This document shows, piece by piece, positions 39,459-50,437 of a stretch of 55,666 nt of DNA. Every line of letters begins with the position of its first letter. The first letter of the stretch is position 1. Location: contig JAKFDW010000123.1 in the NCBI GenBank assembly GCA_036675955.1, positions 1 through 55,666 on the forward strand, written 5' to 3'. Made by a program: the position numbers and the translations under genes. The DNA is from Orrella sp. (lineage in GTDB: Bacteria; Pseudomonadota; Gammaproteobacteria; Burkholderiales; Burkholderiaceae_B). The notes under the pieces were generated by a model, which was given only the letters and a program-made list of their open reading frames with translations, did no database searches and was not told the origin of the DNA.

Positions 39459-39938
39459 ATGCAAACTAAATTCCAGAATGACGCAGTATCCGCGCCTGAG
39501 GTCCCCCCTCAGGCGCGGTCGCGTTTTGGGGCCCTGCTCGGCAAGGTGTACAGGCAGTGGCGCCGTCAGGTGGATTTGAGTTTCAAGGACCTCGGTCTTT
39601 CCGATGCCACGCGCATGCCACTGCTGGTGCTGTATGTGCAAGGGCCTCTGCGCCAAAAAGATCTGGCCGACGCGTTGTACTTGGACACGTCGTCCTTGGT
39701 GCGCGTGCTGGCGCAACTACGGGAGGCGCAGTTGGTCGACTGGACCAACGACCCTGCCGACCGCCGCAGCAAACGCATTGACCTGACATCTGCCGGCCGC
39801 GTAGCGGCCGCGTTGATTTTGGCCAAAAGCATGGAAATTGAGCAGACCATTTTGGCAGACCTTTCTCCGCAAGAGCTGGACGTCGCACGCCGAGCGCTGG
39901 AAAAGATTTCACGGCGCTTTGATGCGCCGGGCAGTTAG
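39459..39938 (+). CDS. MarR-family regulator
   Basis: QKDLA..L.LD.SSLVRVL..L....LV....DPADRRSK.I.LT..G. Confidence 0.9.
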   Translation: MQTKFQNDAVSAPEVPPQARSRFGALLGKVYRQWRRQVDLSFKDLGLSDATRMPLLVLYVQGPLRQKDLADALYLDTSSLVRVLAQLREAQLVDWTNDPADRRSKRIDLTSAGRVAAALILAKSMEIEQTILADLSPQELDVARRALEKISRRFDAPGS

Positions 39939-40005
39939 ACAAAAAATTCAAGGGCCGCGCTTCGCGCCATCGGCCTATCCCACACCAAAAACATACGGTT
40001 GAAAA

Positions 40006-41247
40006 ATGAAATTGAAAGGGTCGCCCTTTGCCTGGGTGAGTTTTGCCATGATCGTCGGCGTGATGGGTACTGCGCTCATCAGCCCTTTGTATGCGCTGTA
40101 CAAAGAAGCATGGCAGCTGCAGACAAGCGATATCTCGCTCATCTATGTGATTTACATGGGCGGCGCGCTGTTTGGCTTGTTATTTTTGGGACGCTTGCCC
40201 GATCGCGTAGGTTTTCGTCCGATGATGCAGTGGGGCTTGGCGTTGGCCTTGACCGGCACGGCCATCAGCCTGATCGCCCGGAACATGGCTAGCCTGAATA
40301 TCGGGCGCTTTATTGTGGGTGTGGCGTCGAGCATGCTGACCACAAGCTCTACCGTGGGCTTATCCAGGCTGTCTCGCCGGGGCAACATGCAGCACGTAGC
40401 CATGATGACAGGCTTTCTAATGGCCTTGGGCTTTGGCTTGGGACCCCTGGTGGGCGGCATCTTTGGCCAATGGGCCCCCTTCCCATTGGTGACCACCTAC
40501 ATTCCGACCTTGCTGCTGGGCACCTTGGGCTTGACGGCCCTATACCGCTTGAAATTACCGGACAACGTCAAGTCCCAGGCGGGCCCGCGCTTGTGCTTGC
40601 ATGATGTCGTCCCTAAGCTGACTTGGCCGGAGTCGAATTCCTCAAAGGCTTTTGTGCTGACCTGCTGCCTGCCGTTCCTGGCATTTGGCGTCTTCGGTCT
40701 GTATGCGTCCATGGCGCCGTTGTTTCTCGACAAGCTGGTGCCCTGGCATGGTCCGGTGGTTAGCGGCACGACCATTGCATTGATCTTGTTTTCCTCAGCT
40801 GTCGTTCAAGTGATGGCCGCACGCATGCCCACTCACTGGTGCGGCACAGGGGGATTGATCAGTCTGGTGCTCAGCAATGCAATACTGATGGCGAACTTGG
40901 GGGCCGGCTCAGCCACTCTGTTCGCTTCGGGCGTGTTGCTGACTGCGCTGGGGCACGGCATGACCATGCTCGCCGGCATGGGCATGGTTAACCGTCTTGC
41001 CACATCCACCAACCGCTCAGGGCTGCTGGCCACCTACTTGGTGGCCGGTTACGTCGGTAGTATGGTGCCCATGATGGGTATAGGCTGGATGGCTGACCAC
41101 TGGGGCATAGAAGTGGCTATTTACACGTTCTGCACCATGGTCATCGCGATGGGGATGCCTGTGGCGTTGTTTTTCCAACGCCACCCCCTCATGCAGCCAT
41201 TAAAGGCTCGAGCGCCCGTAGGCGGCATTGACGTCCTGAGTCCGTAG
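40006..41247 (+). CDS. MFS transporter
   Basis: About 12 hydrophobic segments; motif A GRLPDRVGFR; SPLY, GRFIVG. Confidence 0.9.
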   Translation: MKLKGSPFAWVSFAMIVGVMGTALISPLYALYKEAWQLQTSDISLIYVIYMGGALFGLLFLGRLPDRVGFRPMMQWGLALALTGTAISLIARNMASLNIGRFIVGVASSMLTTSSTVGLSRLSRRGNMQHVAMMTGFLMALGFGLGPLVGGIFGQWAPFPLVTTYIPTLLLGTLGLTALYRLKLPDNVKSQAGPRLCLHDVVPKLTWPESNSSKAFVLTCCLPFLAFGVFGLYASMAPLFLDKLVPWHGPVVSGTTIALILFSSAVVQVMAARMPTHWCGTGGLISLVLSNAILMANLGAGSATLFASGVLLTALGHGMTMLAGMGMVNRLATSTNRSGLLATYLVAGYVGSMVPMMGIGWMADHWGIEVAIYTFCTMVIAMGMPVALFFQRHPLMQPLKARAPVGGIDVLSP

Positions 41248-41249
41248 AC

Positions 41250-42167
41250 TCAAGACGACGCCCCGTCCGCCAGGACGACTTTCAATAACTCAATAAACGC
41301 AATTGTCCGTTGCGGCAACAAGCGTCGGCCAGGCGTCACGCACCACACAATCGTAGGAGGCAAACTCCAATCCGGCAAAATTCGTTCAATGGCACCTTGC
41401 TTGACGAGTTCTTCTGCGAAGCGCTCGGATAAGCCCACAATGCCTAAACCCTGCGCCGACAGCGCCTGCTGCAGCCCAAGGGAGTTTGCGGAAAGCGAGT
41501 GACGGGGAAGCCCCTCCCAGCGCTCGGTTCCACGCGACAATCGCCATAGCTGCTGCTCTCCCCCGCTGCCGACCAGCGCCAGCCCGACATGATCGAGCAG
41601 TTCTGCCGGCGCCTTCGGTGTGCCGTGGCGCCTCAGGTAGAGTGAGCTTGCGTACAACCCGTTGTGTAGCGTGGTGATACGACGTGCGACCAGCGAACTG
41701 TCATCAGGCAGCTGCGTTGCGGCGCGCACCGCGACATCGAAACGCTCGGCAATCAAATCTACCCGCCGCGCCGAAAGATCGAGTTCCAGCCGGACCTCGG
41801 GATACTGCCGTGAAAACTCAGTCACGACGGGAACGATGGACAGTTCGTGAAATTCTGGAGGCAGCGACACGCGCAGCGTTCCATGTGGCGTCACTTGCCG
41901 ATGCTGCGCAAGTGCGGTCGCCGCTTCGGTTTCGTCCACCAGCCGACGCGCGTACTCCAGGATTCTTTCGCCAAATTCGGTCACCACCAGTCGCCGTGTA
42001 CTACGCTGCAGAAGCCGTTCGCCGAACTCGTTCTCCAGATCGGTGAGCCGGCGCGAAAGCGTTGACTTGGGTAAACCGGTTTGCTCGGACGCACGGGTAA
42101 AGCTGCCCGCCTCAACAATATGAGCAAAAAGGATCAAGTCATTGGCATAAAGGGTGATCGCAGTCAT
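41250..42167 (-). CDS. LysR-family regulator (CrgA-like)
   Basis: FAHIVEAGSFTRAS..GLPKSTLSRR..LE..G.RLLQRSTRR; RRVDLIAERFDVAVR. Confidence 0.92.
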   Translation of the reverse strand: MTAITLYANDLILFAHIVEAGSFTRASEQTGLPKSTLSRRLTDLENEFGERLLQRSTRRLVVTEFGERILEYARRLVDETEAATALAQHRQVTPHGTLRVSLPPEFHELSIVPVVTEFSRQYPEVRLELDLSARRVDLIAERFDVAVRAATQLPDDSSLVARRITTLHNGLYASSLYLRRHGTPKAPAELLDHVGLALVGSGGEQQLWRLSRGTERWEGLPRHSLSANSLGLQQALSAQGLGIVGLSERFAEELVKQGAIERILPDWSLPPTIVWCVTPGRRLLPQRTIAFIELLKVVLADGASS

Positions 42168-42325
42168 TCCAGCCCGAATTGTTCCAAATATGGGAATATT
42201 GTACCCGGCGAGGGCGGCGACGTAACGCTGGATATCGCACTCGAAGCCAGCACCGAATAGGCCGGCGCGATCTATCTGTATTGCATCCCCATGTGTGGGG
42301 ATGCCGCCAGGAACAAGGAATCAAA

Positions 42326-43306
42326 ATGGGACTTCTCGTAGACGGAAAATGGCATGACCAGTGGTATGACACAGCAAGTACGGGCGGGCGCTTCGTACGT
42401 AGCGACGCCCAGTTCCGCAACTGGATCACCCCCGATGGCAGTGCGGGCCCAAGCGGAATCGGGGGCTTCAGAGCCGAAGCTGGCCGCTACCATCTCTATG
42501 TTTCACTGGCCTGCCCCTGGGCCAACCGCGTATTGATCCTAAGGGCGTTAAAAGGCCTGGAACAGATGATCAGCGTCTCCGTTGTCAACCCTTATATGGG
42601 TGAGCAAGGCTGGACCTTCGAGCCCGGCCCGGGCGTGGTGGCCGACCCGGTCGGCCAAGCCAAATACTTGTATGAAGTCTACCTGCGGGCACAGCCCGAC
42701 TACAGTGGGCGTGTGACCGTACCGGTGCTCTGGGATCTGGAGCGCCAGACTATCGTAAGCAACGAATCCTCCGAAATCATTCGCATGCTGAATTCAGCAT
42801 TCGACGGAATCTGCGCCACCGAAGGCGATTACGCGCCAGCGGAACTGTTGCCGCAGATCGATGCCATCAACGCCGAAGTCTATGATGCAGTCAACAACGG
42901 GGTATACAAAGTCGGTTTCGCCACGGCCCAGGGTATATACGAACAGGAAGTCGGCAAGCTGTTTGCCTATCTCGACCAGTTGGAACTCAAGCTGGGGCGT
43001 CAGCGCTATCTGCTGGACGATCGGATCACCGAAGCCGACTGGCGCCTGTTCACCACGCTGATTCGCTTCGACGCTGTTTACCACGGCCATTTCAAGTGCA
43101 ACCTGAAACGCCTGTCCGATTACGAGAATCTGTGGAGTTACACGCGCGAACTCTACCAGTGGCGCGGCATCGCAAATACGGTGGACTTCGACCATATCAA
43201 GCAACACTATTACCGCAGCCACCACAGCATCAATCCCAATGGAATCGTACCGATAGGCCCCATACTGGATTTGGAACGCGCACCAAGTCGCAGCTTTGCT
43301 GCCTGA
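42326..43306 (+). CDS. yqjG: Glutathionyl-hydroquinone reductase (Xi-class GST)
   Basis: MGLLVDGKW, RYHLYVSLACPWA.R, VTVPVLWD, NNGVYK.GFA, TEADWRLFTTLIRFD, HIKQHYY.SH..INP. Confidence 0.93.
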   Translation: MGLLVDGKWHDQWYDTASTGGRFVRSDAQFRNWITPDGSAGPSGIGGFRAEAGRYHLYVSLACPWANRVLILRALKGLEQMISVSVVNPYMGEQGWTFEPGPGVVADPVGQAKYLYEVYLRAQPDYSGRVTVPVLWDLERQTIVSNESSEIIRMLNSAFDGICATEGDYAPAELLPQIDAINAEVYDAVNNGVYKVGFATAQGIYEQEVGKLFAYLDQLELKLGRQRYLLDDRITEADWRLFTTLIRFDAVYHGHFKCNLKRLSDYENLWSYTRELYQWRGIANTVDFDHIKQHYYRSHHSINPNGIVPIGPILDLERAPSRSFAA

Positions 43307-43338
43307 ACCCACGGGACCCGATGTTGCACGTACCGGCC

Positions 43339-43369
43339 TTGACCTTCCAGCCATGGTAAGGTCCAAGCT
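43339..43369 (+). promoter_or_regulatory. CueR-type promoter (MerR-family 19-bp spacer)
   Basis: -35 TTGACC, operator ACCTTCC-agccatg-GTAAGGT, 19-bp spacer, -10 CAAGCT upstream of copA. Confidence 0.85.
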
Positions 43370-43403
43370 ATGAGCTATGTTGAATAAAGCTCAGGAAAAA
43401 GTC

Positions 43404-45893
43404 ATGAATATGCCATTCAAAGCCGACGGCAACGCCAACGCAACCACGATAAGTCTACCCATCGAAGGCATGACGTGCGCGTCCTGCGTCGGGCGTGTGG
43501 AAGCGGCTCTTCGCAAGGTCCAGGGCGTCGGCAACGTCTCCATCAATCTCGCCACGGAGCGTGCGGATATCCGGCCGGCGGGCGCTATCGATCGCATGGC
43601 GCTGATTCAGGCAATCGAAAATGCAGGTTACGACGTACCTGAAAGCACAACGGATCTAGGCGTGGAGGGTATGACCTGCGCCTCCTGCGTCGGACGTGTC
43701 GAGCGCGCGCTTAAAACCATACCCGGTGTGTCGGAAGCCACGGTAAACCTGGCGACTGAGCGGGCGACCGTGAGAGGCGTTGCCAGCGCGGACGCGATAT
43801 TGGCCGCCATCCGAAACGCGGGATATGAGGCTAGGGTCTTGGATACGACCGCCGGCGACAGCGATGATGAGGCCTCCGCGAAGAAGGATGCCGAACGCGC
43901 CGGGTTAAAGCGCGATCTGCTTATTGCCACGGCGCTGGCCCTGCCGGTGTTCATCATGGAAATGGGTTCGCATCTGGTGCCCGGCATGCATGAACTGGTT
44001 TCGCGCACCATCGGCATGCAGTGGAGCTGGTACTTGCAATTCGTGCTCACCACGCTGGTCCTGGCTATTCCCGGCCGGCGCTTTTATACCAAAGGTTTTC
44101 CGGCGCTGCTGCGGCTGGCGCCCGACATGAACTCGCTGGTAGCGGTCGGCACCCTTGCGGCCTATGCCTATTCCGTGGTTGCCACTTTTTCGCCTGGCGT
44201 GCTGCCGGCGGGCACGGTCAACGTCTATTACGAAGCGGCCGCGGTAATCGTGGCGCTGATCCTGCTGGGCCGTTATCTCGAAGCCCGCGCCAAGGGCCGA
44301 ACCTCGGAGGCCATCAAGCGGCTGGTCGGGCTGCAGGCCAGGGTAGCACATGTATCGCGCGATGGCCGTATCGTTGATCTTTCCATAAGCGAAGTCAGGT
44401 TGGGCGATGTCGCCGAAGTGCGCCCTGGCGAGCGGGTGCCGGTCGATGGCGAGGTGGTCGGCGGCCAAAGTTATGTCGATGAATCCATGGTTACGGGCGA
44501 ACCTATTCCCGTCGAGAAATCCGCAGGCAGCCAGGTGGTCGGCGGTACCGTAAACCAAAAAGGCGCATTCACGCTGCGCGCCACCGCTGTCGGCGGACAA
44601 ACCGTGCTGGCGCAGATCATTCGCCTGGTCGAGCAGGCTCAGGGCTCCAAGCTGCCCATCCAGGCCGTGGTGGACAAGGTCACAATGTGGTTTGTCCCGG
44701 CGGTCATGGCGGCGGCTGCGCTGACCTTTCTCGTCTGGCTGATCTTTGGGCCGTCCCCTGCCCTGTCTTTTGCCCTTGTCAACGCCGTAGCGGTGCTCAT
44801 CATCGCTTGTCCTTGCGCCATGGGCCTGGCGACGCCAACCTCCATCATGGTCGGTACGGGGCGCGGCGCCGAACTGGGCGTACTGTTTCGCAAGGGAGAG
44901 GCCTTGCAGCTGTTGAAGGACGCCAAGGTAGTGGCCGTGGACAAGACCGGCACACTGACCGAGGGCCGGCCGGCCATGACCGATCTGGAGATCGCGGACG
45001 GTTTTGATCGCATCCATGTCCTGGCCAATGTGGCGGCAGTGGAATCGCGTTCAGAGCATCCCATCGCCCGCGCCATTGTCGAGGCGGCCGAACAAGAAGG
45101 CATCGACCTTCCGTCGCTCGACAGCTTCCAGTCGGTAACCGGCATGGGCGTGCATGCAAGCGTGGACGGCCTGCGCGTGGAAGTCGGCGCCGATCGCTAT
45201 ATGCGGGAACTGGGCCTCGATGTAGGCGTTTTCGCCCAGACGGCGGAGCGGCTGGCCAACGAGGGCAAATCGCCCCTGTATGCAGCCATCGACGGGCGCC
45301 TGGCGGCTATCGTTGCCGTTGCCGATCCCATCAAGGCTTCCACTTCCGCGGCGATCGCGGCGCTGCACCAGTTGGGCCTGAAGGTGGTCATGATCACCGG
45401 CGACAACGAGCGCACCGCACGCGCTATTGCAGCCCGCCTGGGTATTGACGAAGTCGTGGCCGAAGTGCTGCCCGAAGGCAAGGTCGCAGCCCTTAGGCGA
45501 CTGAAAGCCGAGCATGGCCATATCGCGTTTGTAGGCGATGGCATCAATGATGCACCGGCGCTGGCTGAGGCCGACGTAGGCATGGCGATAGGCACCGGCA
45601 CCGACGTGGCAATGGAAGCCGCCGACGTGGTGTTGATGTCTGGCAACCTGCAGGGCGTGCCTAACGCAATAGCCTTGTCGCAGGCCACCATAGGCAATAT
45701 CCGGCAGAACCTGTTCTGGGCCTTCGCGTACAACACCGCGCTCATTCCCGTGGCCGCCGGGCTGTTGTATCCCGCTTATGGCCTGCTGCTCTCGCCCATC
45801 TTCGCCGCAGGCGCCATGGCCATGTCCAGCGTGTTCGTGCTCGGCAACGCGCTGCGCTTGCGCCGGTTTCGCCCCGACAGCGGAGTCGAATAA
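43404..45893 (+). CDS. copA: Cu(I)-translocating P1B-type ATPase
   Basis: Two GMTCASC HMA domains, [26 protein letters not shown] and MAMSS. Confidence 0.95.
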   Translation: MNMPFKADGNANATTISLPIEGMTCASCVGRVEAALRKVQGVGNVSINLATERADIRPAGAIDRMALIQAIENAGYDVPESTTDLGVEGMTCASCVGRVERALKTIPGVSEATVNLATERATVRGVASADAILAAIRNAGYEARVLDTTAGDSDDEASAKKDAERAGLKRDLLIATALALPVFIMEMGSHLVPGMHELVSRTIGMQWSWYLQFVLTTLVLAIPGRRFYTKGFPALLRLAPDMNSLVAVGTLAAYAYSVVATFSPGVLPAGTVNVYYEAAAVIVALILLGRYLEARAKGRTSEAIKRLVGLQARVAHVSRDGRIVDLSISEVRLGDVAEVRPGERVPVDGEVVGGQSYVDESMVTGEPIPVEKSAGSQVVGGTVNQKGAFTLRATAVGGQTVLAQIIRLVEQAQGSKLPIQAVVDKVTMWFVPAVMAAAALTFLVWLIFGPSPALSFALVNAVAVLIIACPCAMGLATPTSIMVGTGRGAELGVLFRKGEALQLLKDAKVVAVDKTGTLTEGRPAMTDLEIADGFDRIHVLANVAAVESRSEHPIARAIVEAAEQEGIDLPSLDSFQSVTGMGVHASVDGLRVEVGADRYMRELGLDVGVFAQTAERLANEGKSPLYAAIDGRLAAIVAVADPIKASTSAAIAALHQLGLKVVMITGDNERTARAIAARLGIDEVVAEVLPEGKVAALRRLKAEHGHIAFVGDGINDAPALAEADVGMAIGTGTDVAMEAADVVLMSGNLQGVPNAIALSQATIGNIRQNLFWAFAYNTALIPVAAGLLYPAYGLLLSPIFAAGAMAMSSVFVLGNALRLRRFRPDSGVE

Positions 45894-46033
45894 ATCAGCG
45901 CAATATTTGCATACAAAAACGTGACTAGCGTAATCGGCCCTGCAGATCAATAATGGCCTAGCGAAAACGGTACGTATGTCGGCGGTAAACGGCCCAGGCA
46001 GCGAAACTCCATGGTTGCAAGGGTTATCGGAAA

Positions 46034-47539
46034 ATGGCTATGCGAATTTTGCGCTTGATTTTTTCGGTCGTCGTAGCTTTGGCGCTTGTGGCTTGTGCGA
46101 GTCGGCCGATTAACGTGCCAATTTCCCAGGTCGATCCGCAAAGCGGCTACCGGCCCTATCTCCTGATACCCAAGCGCCAGAATAACGATCAATCCACGCT
46201 GATGGTGCTTTCATTCTCGGGCGGCGGAACGCGAGCGGCCGCATTCTCCTACGGCGTTCTGGAGGAACTTCGAGGAACCGAGATTTTTGTCCAGGGCGAG
46301 CGCCGCCGTCTGATCGACGAAGTCGACGTGATTACCGGAGTATCCGGGGGAAGCTTTACGGCGCTGGCTTATGCTTTGTATGGCGAACGATTATTCTCCG
46401 AATATGAACAACGCTTCTTGAAACGGAATGTCCAGGGCGCGCTCATCAGCCGTGTTGTCAACCCATTCAACTGGTGGAAGTTTGTCGGAGGCAGCGCCGG
46501 ACGCTCAGAGCTGGCTGCCGAATATTATGATGAAATACTGTTCGAGGGCGCGACATTTGCCGACCTGCTCGACAAGCCAGGTCCGGTCGCCCTGGCAACA
46601 GGAACCGATCTGTCGACTGGCTCGCGCCTGATCTTCTTTCAGAATGATTTCGATCTGCTTTGTACGGATCTGAACAAGGTTCGCCTTTCGCGCGCGGCAG
46701 CCACCTCGTCGGCCGTCCCGGTCGCACTGTCGCCTGTCACGTTCAACAACTATGGGGGAACCTGCAATTTCAAGTATCCCGCGTGGGTTGCGGACGTTGC
46801 CAACCCCGCTACTCAGGTGCGCCCTTCCGGGCGTGCGCTCGAACGCTATCGCGAGATGCAGGACTTCCAGAACAGCAAAGAACGTCCGTACATTCACCTG
46901 GTGGATGGCGGCGTTTCCGACAACATCGGCGTGCGCGGTGTGCTGGAGCTTCTTGAAGAACTGGAAGCCAGCGCAGCCTATTCCGAAGAAGTCGGTTTTG
47001 GCGTCATTCGACGTATCGTCCTTATCGTGGTCGACTCCAAGTCGGCGCCAAGCACCGATTGGGACCGCAAGGAAACGCCTCCCGGCTTTGTTGTTCAGCT
47101 TCTGCAGTCCACAAGTGTGCCGATTGAAAAGTACTCCTTCGAGACCGTCGAAATCATGAAGGATAGAGCCGAAATCATGTCGTGGAAGCGCGATTTGGTC
47201 ATTGCACGAGCCCGGCTTGCCGGTGCAAGCGTATCGCAGGCTGAGGCAAGTGTGCCGAAACTCACCCTGGAAGTGATCGCCGTGAGTTTTGACGAAATAC
47301 GCAACCCCCAGGAGCGCGCCTATTTCATGGAGCTCCCAACAAGCTTCGCACTCCCCCCCGACGACATTGACAGGCTGCGCGCGATTGCCTCCCAGCTCCT
47401 GAGGGAATCCAAAGAGTACACATCTGTAGTTCGCTCATTCAACGGAACTCCTAAAAAGTGGATTGAGCGGAAGGTGATCGAGGACAAACGCCACAACGGC
47501 GAAGCTCCCGGGATGCAAGACGCGGTATCGGCGAGGTGA
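46034..47539 (+). CDS. Patatin-like phospholipase, predicted lipoprotein
   Basis: Lipobox LVAC; SGGGTRAA oxyanion motif, GVSGG nucleophile, DGG. Confidence 0.88.
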   Translation: MAMRILRLIFSVVVALALVACASRPINVPISQVDPQSGYRPYLLIPKRQNNDQSTLMVLSFSGGGTRAAAFSYGVLEELRGTEIFVQGERRRLIDEVDVITGVSGGSFTALAYALYGERLFSEYEQRFLKRNVQGALISRVVNPFNWWKFVGGSAGRSELAAEYYDEILFEGATFADLLDKPGPVALATGTDLSTGSRLIFFQNDFDLLCTDLNKVRLSRAAATSSAVPVALSPVTFNNYGGTCNFKYPAWVADVANPATQVRPSGRALERYREMQDFQNSKERPYIHLVDGGVSDNIGVRGVLELLEELEASAAYSEEVGFGVIRRIVLIVVDSKSAPSTDWDRKETPPGFVVQLLQSTSVPIEKYSFETVEIMKDRAEIMSWKRDLVIARARLAGASVSQAEASVPKLTLEVIAVSFDEIRNPQERAYFMELPTSFALPPDDIDRLRAIASQLLRESKEYTSVVRSFNGTPKKWIERKVIEDKRHNGEAPGMQDAVSAR

Positions 47540-47641
47540 ACCGCCCCTGAGGCTGGCTGCCATGGAAGCGCGGGTGCCTTTCGAGCCGGACTGCACATTC
47601 TGGCGTTTATGCGCAGCGTAGTTTCACGAAGGAGAGCACTC

Positions 47642-50421
47642 ATGAATAACGACGCGGAGAAACAGCGGCTCGACGAAACGCAGGCGAACCGCGCAACCTG
47701 GAAAAAATGGGGCCGTATCTCAGCGAGCGTCAATGGGGAACGGTACGCGAGGACTACAGCGACAACGGTGATGCCTGGAACCACTTTACTCACGACCAGG
47801 CTCGATCACGCGCATATCGTTGGGGCGAGGATGGCCTGGGCGGCATCAGCGACGACCACCAAGTGCTGTGCTTCGCACTGGCATTATGGAATGAGCGCGA
47901 CGCTATCCTCAAGGAACGCGCTTTCGGCTTGTCAAACAGCGAAGGAAACCATGGCGAGGACGTAAAGGAATACTACTTCTATCTCGACTCGACGCCCACG
48001 CATTCGTACATGAAGTATCTGTACAAATACCCGCAGGCTGCCTATCCGTACAGCGATCTCGTCGCAAACAATCGCAGCCGGAGCAAGCATGAGGGAGAGT
48101 ACGAATTACTGGATACCGGTGTGTTCGACGGCAACCGATATTTCGACGTTTTCGTGGAGTACGCCAAGGTGGCCCCTGACGACGTGCTGGTGCGAATCAG
48201 CGTCTTCAATCGGGGTCCGGACGCAGCGCCGCTGCACGTATTGCCGACCCTATGGTTCCGCAATACCTGGTCGCAGCCGGGAGGCGGAGCCAAGCCTATC
48301 CTCGAGCGCACCGGATCGACTGGGCAAGCGGCGGTCCGCGCACGTCACAGCGACCCGCTGTTTCAGGAATCGCTGGGCGAGTACTACCTCTATTGCGACG
48401 CCGACGTACCGCTGCTGTTCACCGAGAACGAGACCAACAATGCCCGGCTGTTCGGCACGGACAACGCATCGCCCTACACCAAGGACGGTATCGACAACTT
48501 CATTGTGCACGGCGATGCCGCCGCCGTGAACCCCGCCCAGCGCGGAACCAAGGCGGCATGCGACTACCAGTTCACTGTCGACGGCGGTAAGTCTCGGGTC
48601 CTCCGCTTGCGGCTGACGACTCGCACACCCGGCCTATCGGTCGCTGCGTTCGACGATTTCGACGCGGTGTTCGCGGCCCGGCTACAGGAGGCCGATGCCT
48701 TCTACGCGTCGATAACCCCGCGCACGGTTCGCGACCAGCCCGACCGCGCAAGAGTCATGCGTCAGGCCCTGGCCGGCATGCTTTGGACCAAGCAATACTT
48801 CTACTATGACCTGGGTCTCTGGCTCGAGGAGCACGGCGCGGGCAGTCGATTGCCGCAACACAAACGCCGCATCGTGCGCAATAGTGAATGGGCGCACATG
48901 TTCAACGACGACATCATCTCGATGCCGGATAAGTGGGAGTACCCTTGGTACGCTGCGTGGGATCTCGCGTTTCACATGATTCCGCTGGGCATGGTTGACC
49001 CGGACTTCGCCAAGCAACAGCTCGACCTGATGCTGCGCAATGACTACCTGCATCCCAACGGCCAACTCCCCGCTTATGAGTGGAATTTCAGCGATGTCAA
49101 TCCGCCCGTGCATGCCTGGGCGACGATGCAGCTGTATGTTCTCGACAAGGAGCGACACGATGGGCGCGGCGATGTCGAGTTTCTGAAATACGCCTTTTCC
49201 AAATTGCTGGTGAACTTTACATGGTGGGTCAACCGCAAGGACCGCAGCGGGGCTAATGTATTCGAGGGCGGTTTTCTTGGGCTCGATAACATCGGGGTGT
49301 TCGACCGCTCATCGCCACTGCCCACAGGCGGCTACCTGGACCAGGCGGACGGCACGGCCTGGATGGTGTTCTTCAGCCAGCAGATGCTGCGCATCGCGGT
49401 AGAGCTTGCGATGCATGAGCCCCTCTACGAGGAGTTCGTCGAGAAATTCTTCCAGCACACGCTGCTCATCGCCGGCGCGCTGGACCGCGTCGGCGAGCAC
49501 AACGACGAAACTTGGGACGAGGAAGATGGCTTTTTCTATGACATGCTGCGGCTGCCGGACGGCAGTGCCACGCGCTTGAAGGTGCGCTCCATAGTCGGGC
49601 TGCTGCCGCTGGCGGCGGTAGCCATATTCGAGGAAGACATCCTCAGCGAATTGCCGAAATTCCGCGTGCGTGCCCGCTTGTTCCTGGAGCGCCACGCCGA
49701 ACTCGCCGCCAATACGCATCTGCCCCAACAACCAGGCGTCGCCAACCGCCGCATGCTCGCGATCATGGGTGAGCAAAAGCTGCGCCGCATTCTGGCGTAC
49801 ATGCTGGACGAGGCTGAATTCTACGGTCCATATGGCATACGCGCGCTGTCGCGCTTCCATCTTGAACATCCTTACGTCTTTCACCACGCGGGGCAGGAAT
49901 ACCGGGTCGCCTACGTGCCGGGCGACTCCGACACCGGCATGTTCGGCGGCAATTCGAATTGGCGCGGGCCGATCTGGATGCCGATCAACTTCCTGCTTTA
50001 TTCTTCCCTGATACGCTTGTACGCCTACTTCGGCGAGGATTTCAAGATCGAATGCCCGACCGGGTCGGGAAAGTTGATGACCTTGCTGGAAGTCGCGAAG
50101 GAGCTCGGCGATCGGCTGGTCCGTATCTTTCTGCGCGACGACGACGGCCATCGACCGGTAAACGGCACCGCCTACAAGTTCCGGGACGACCCGCACTGGC
50201 GCGACCTGGTGCTGTTTCACGAGTACTTCCACGGTGATACCGGCGCCGGCATCGGCGCCAGTCATCAAACCGGCTGGACCGGCTGCGTCGCACGCATCGT
50301 TCAGATGAATGCTTTGCTCACGAAAGAACTGCTGCTGAAACCGGGAGCCGAGGTCGCTGCCTTACGCTCGCTGAGAACCGAACTGGCGGCACCCGAATCA
50401 GAATCGCCGGATAGCCGGTAG
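47642..50421 (+). pseudogene. MGH1/GH63-like glucosidase with a 1-nt frameshift near codon 24 (or sequencing error)
   Basis: RBS-led frame gives ..WKKWG and the other frame continues GPYLSERQWGTVREDYS; the rest is intact (MPDKWEYPWYAAWDLAFH, NWRGPIW, EYFHGDTGAGIGASHQTGWT). Confidence 0.8.
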
Positions 50422-50437
50422 AACAAAGGAAATCGCC

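Noticed and set aside
43464-43770. Direct repeat around ATGACxTGCGCxTCCTGCGTCGGxCGTGT
   Set aside because: Explained by the two HMA domains of CopA
47563-47578. TGGAAGCGCGGGTGCC as a sigma54 promoter for the glucosidase
   Set aside because: Only the minimal GG-N10-GC matches, which is expected by chance at this GC content
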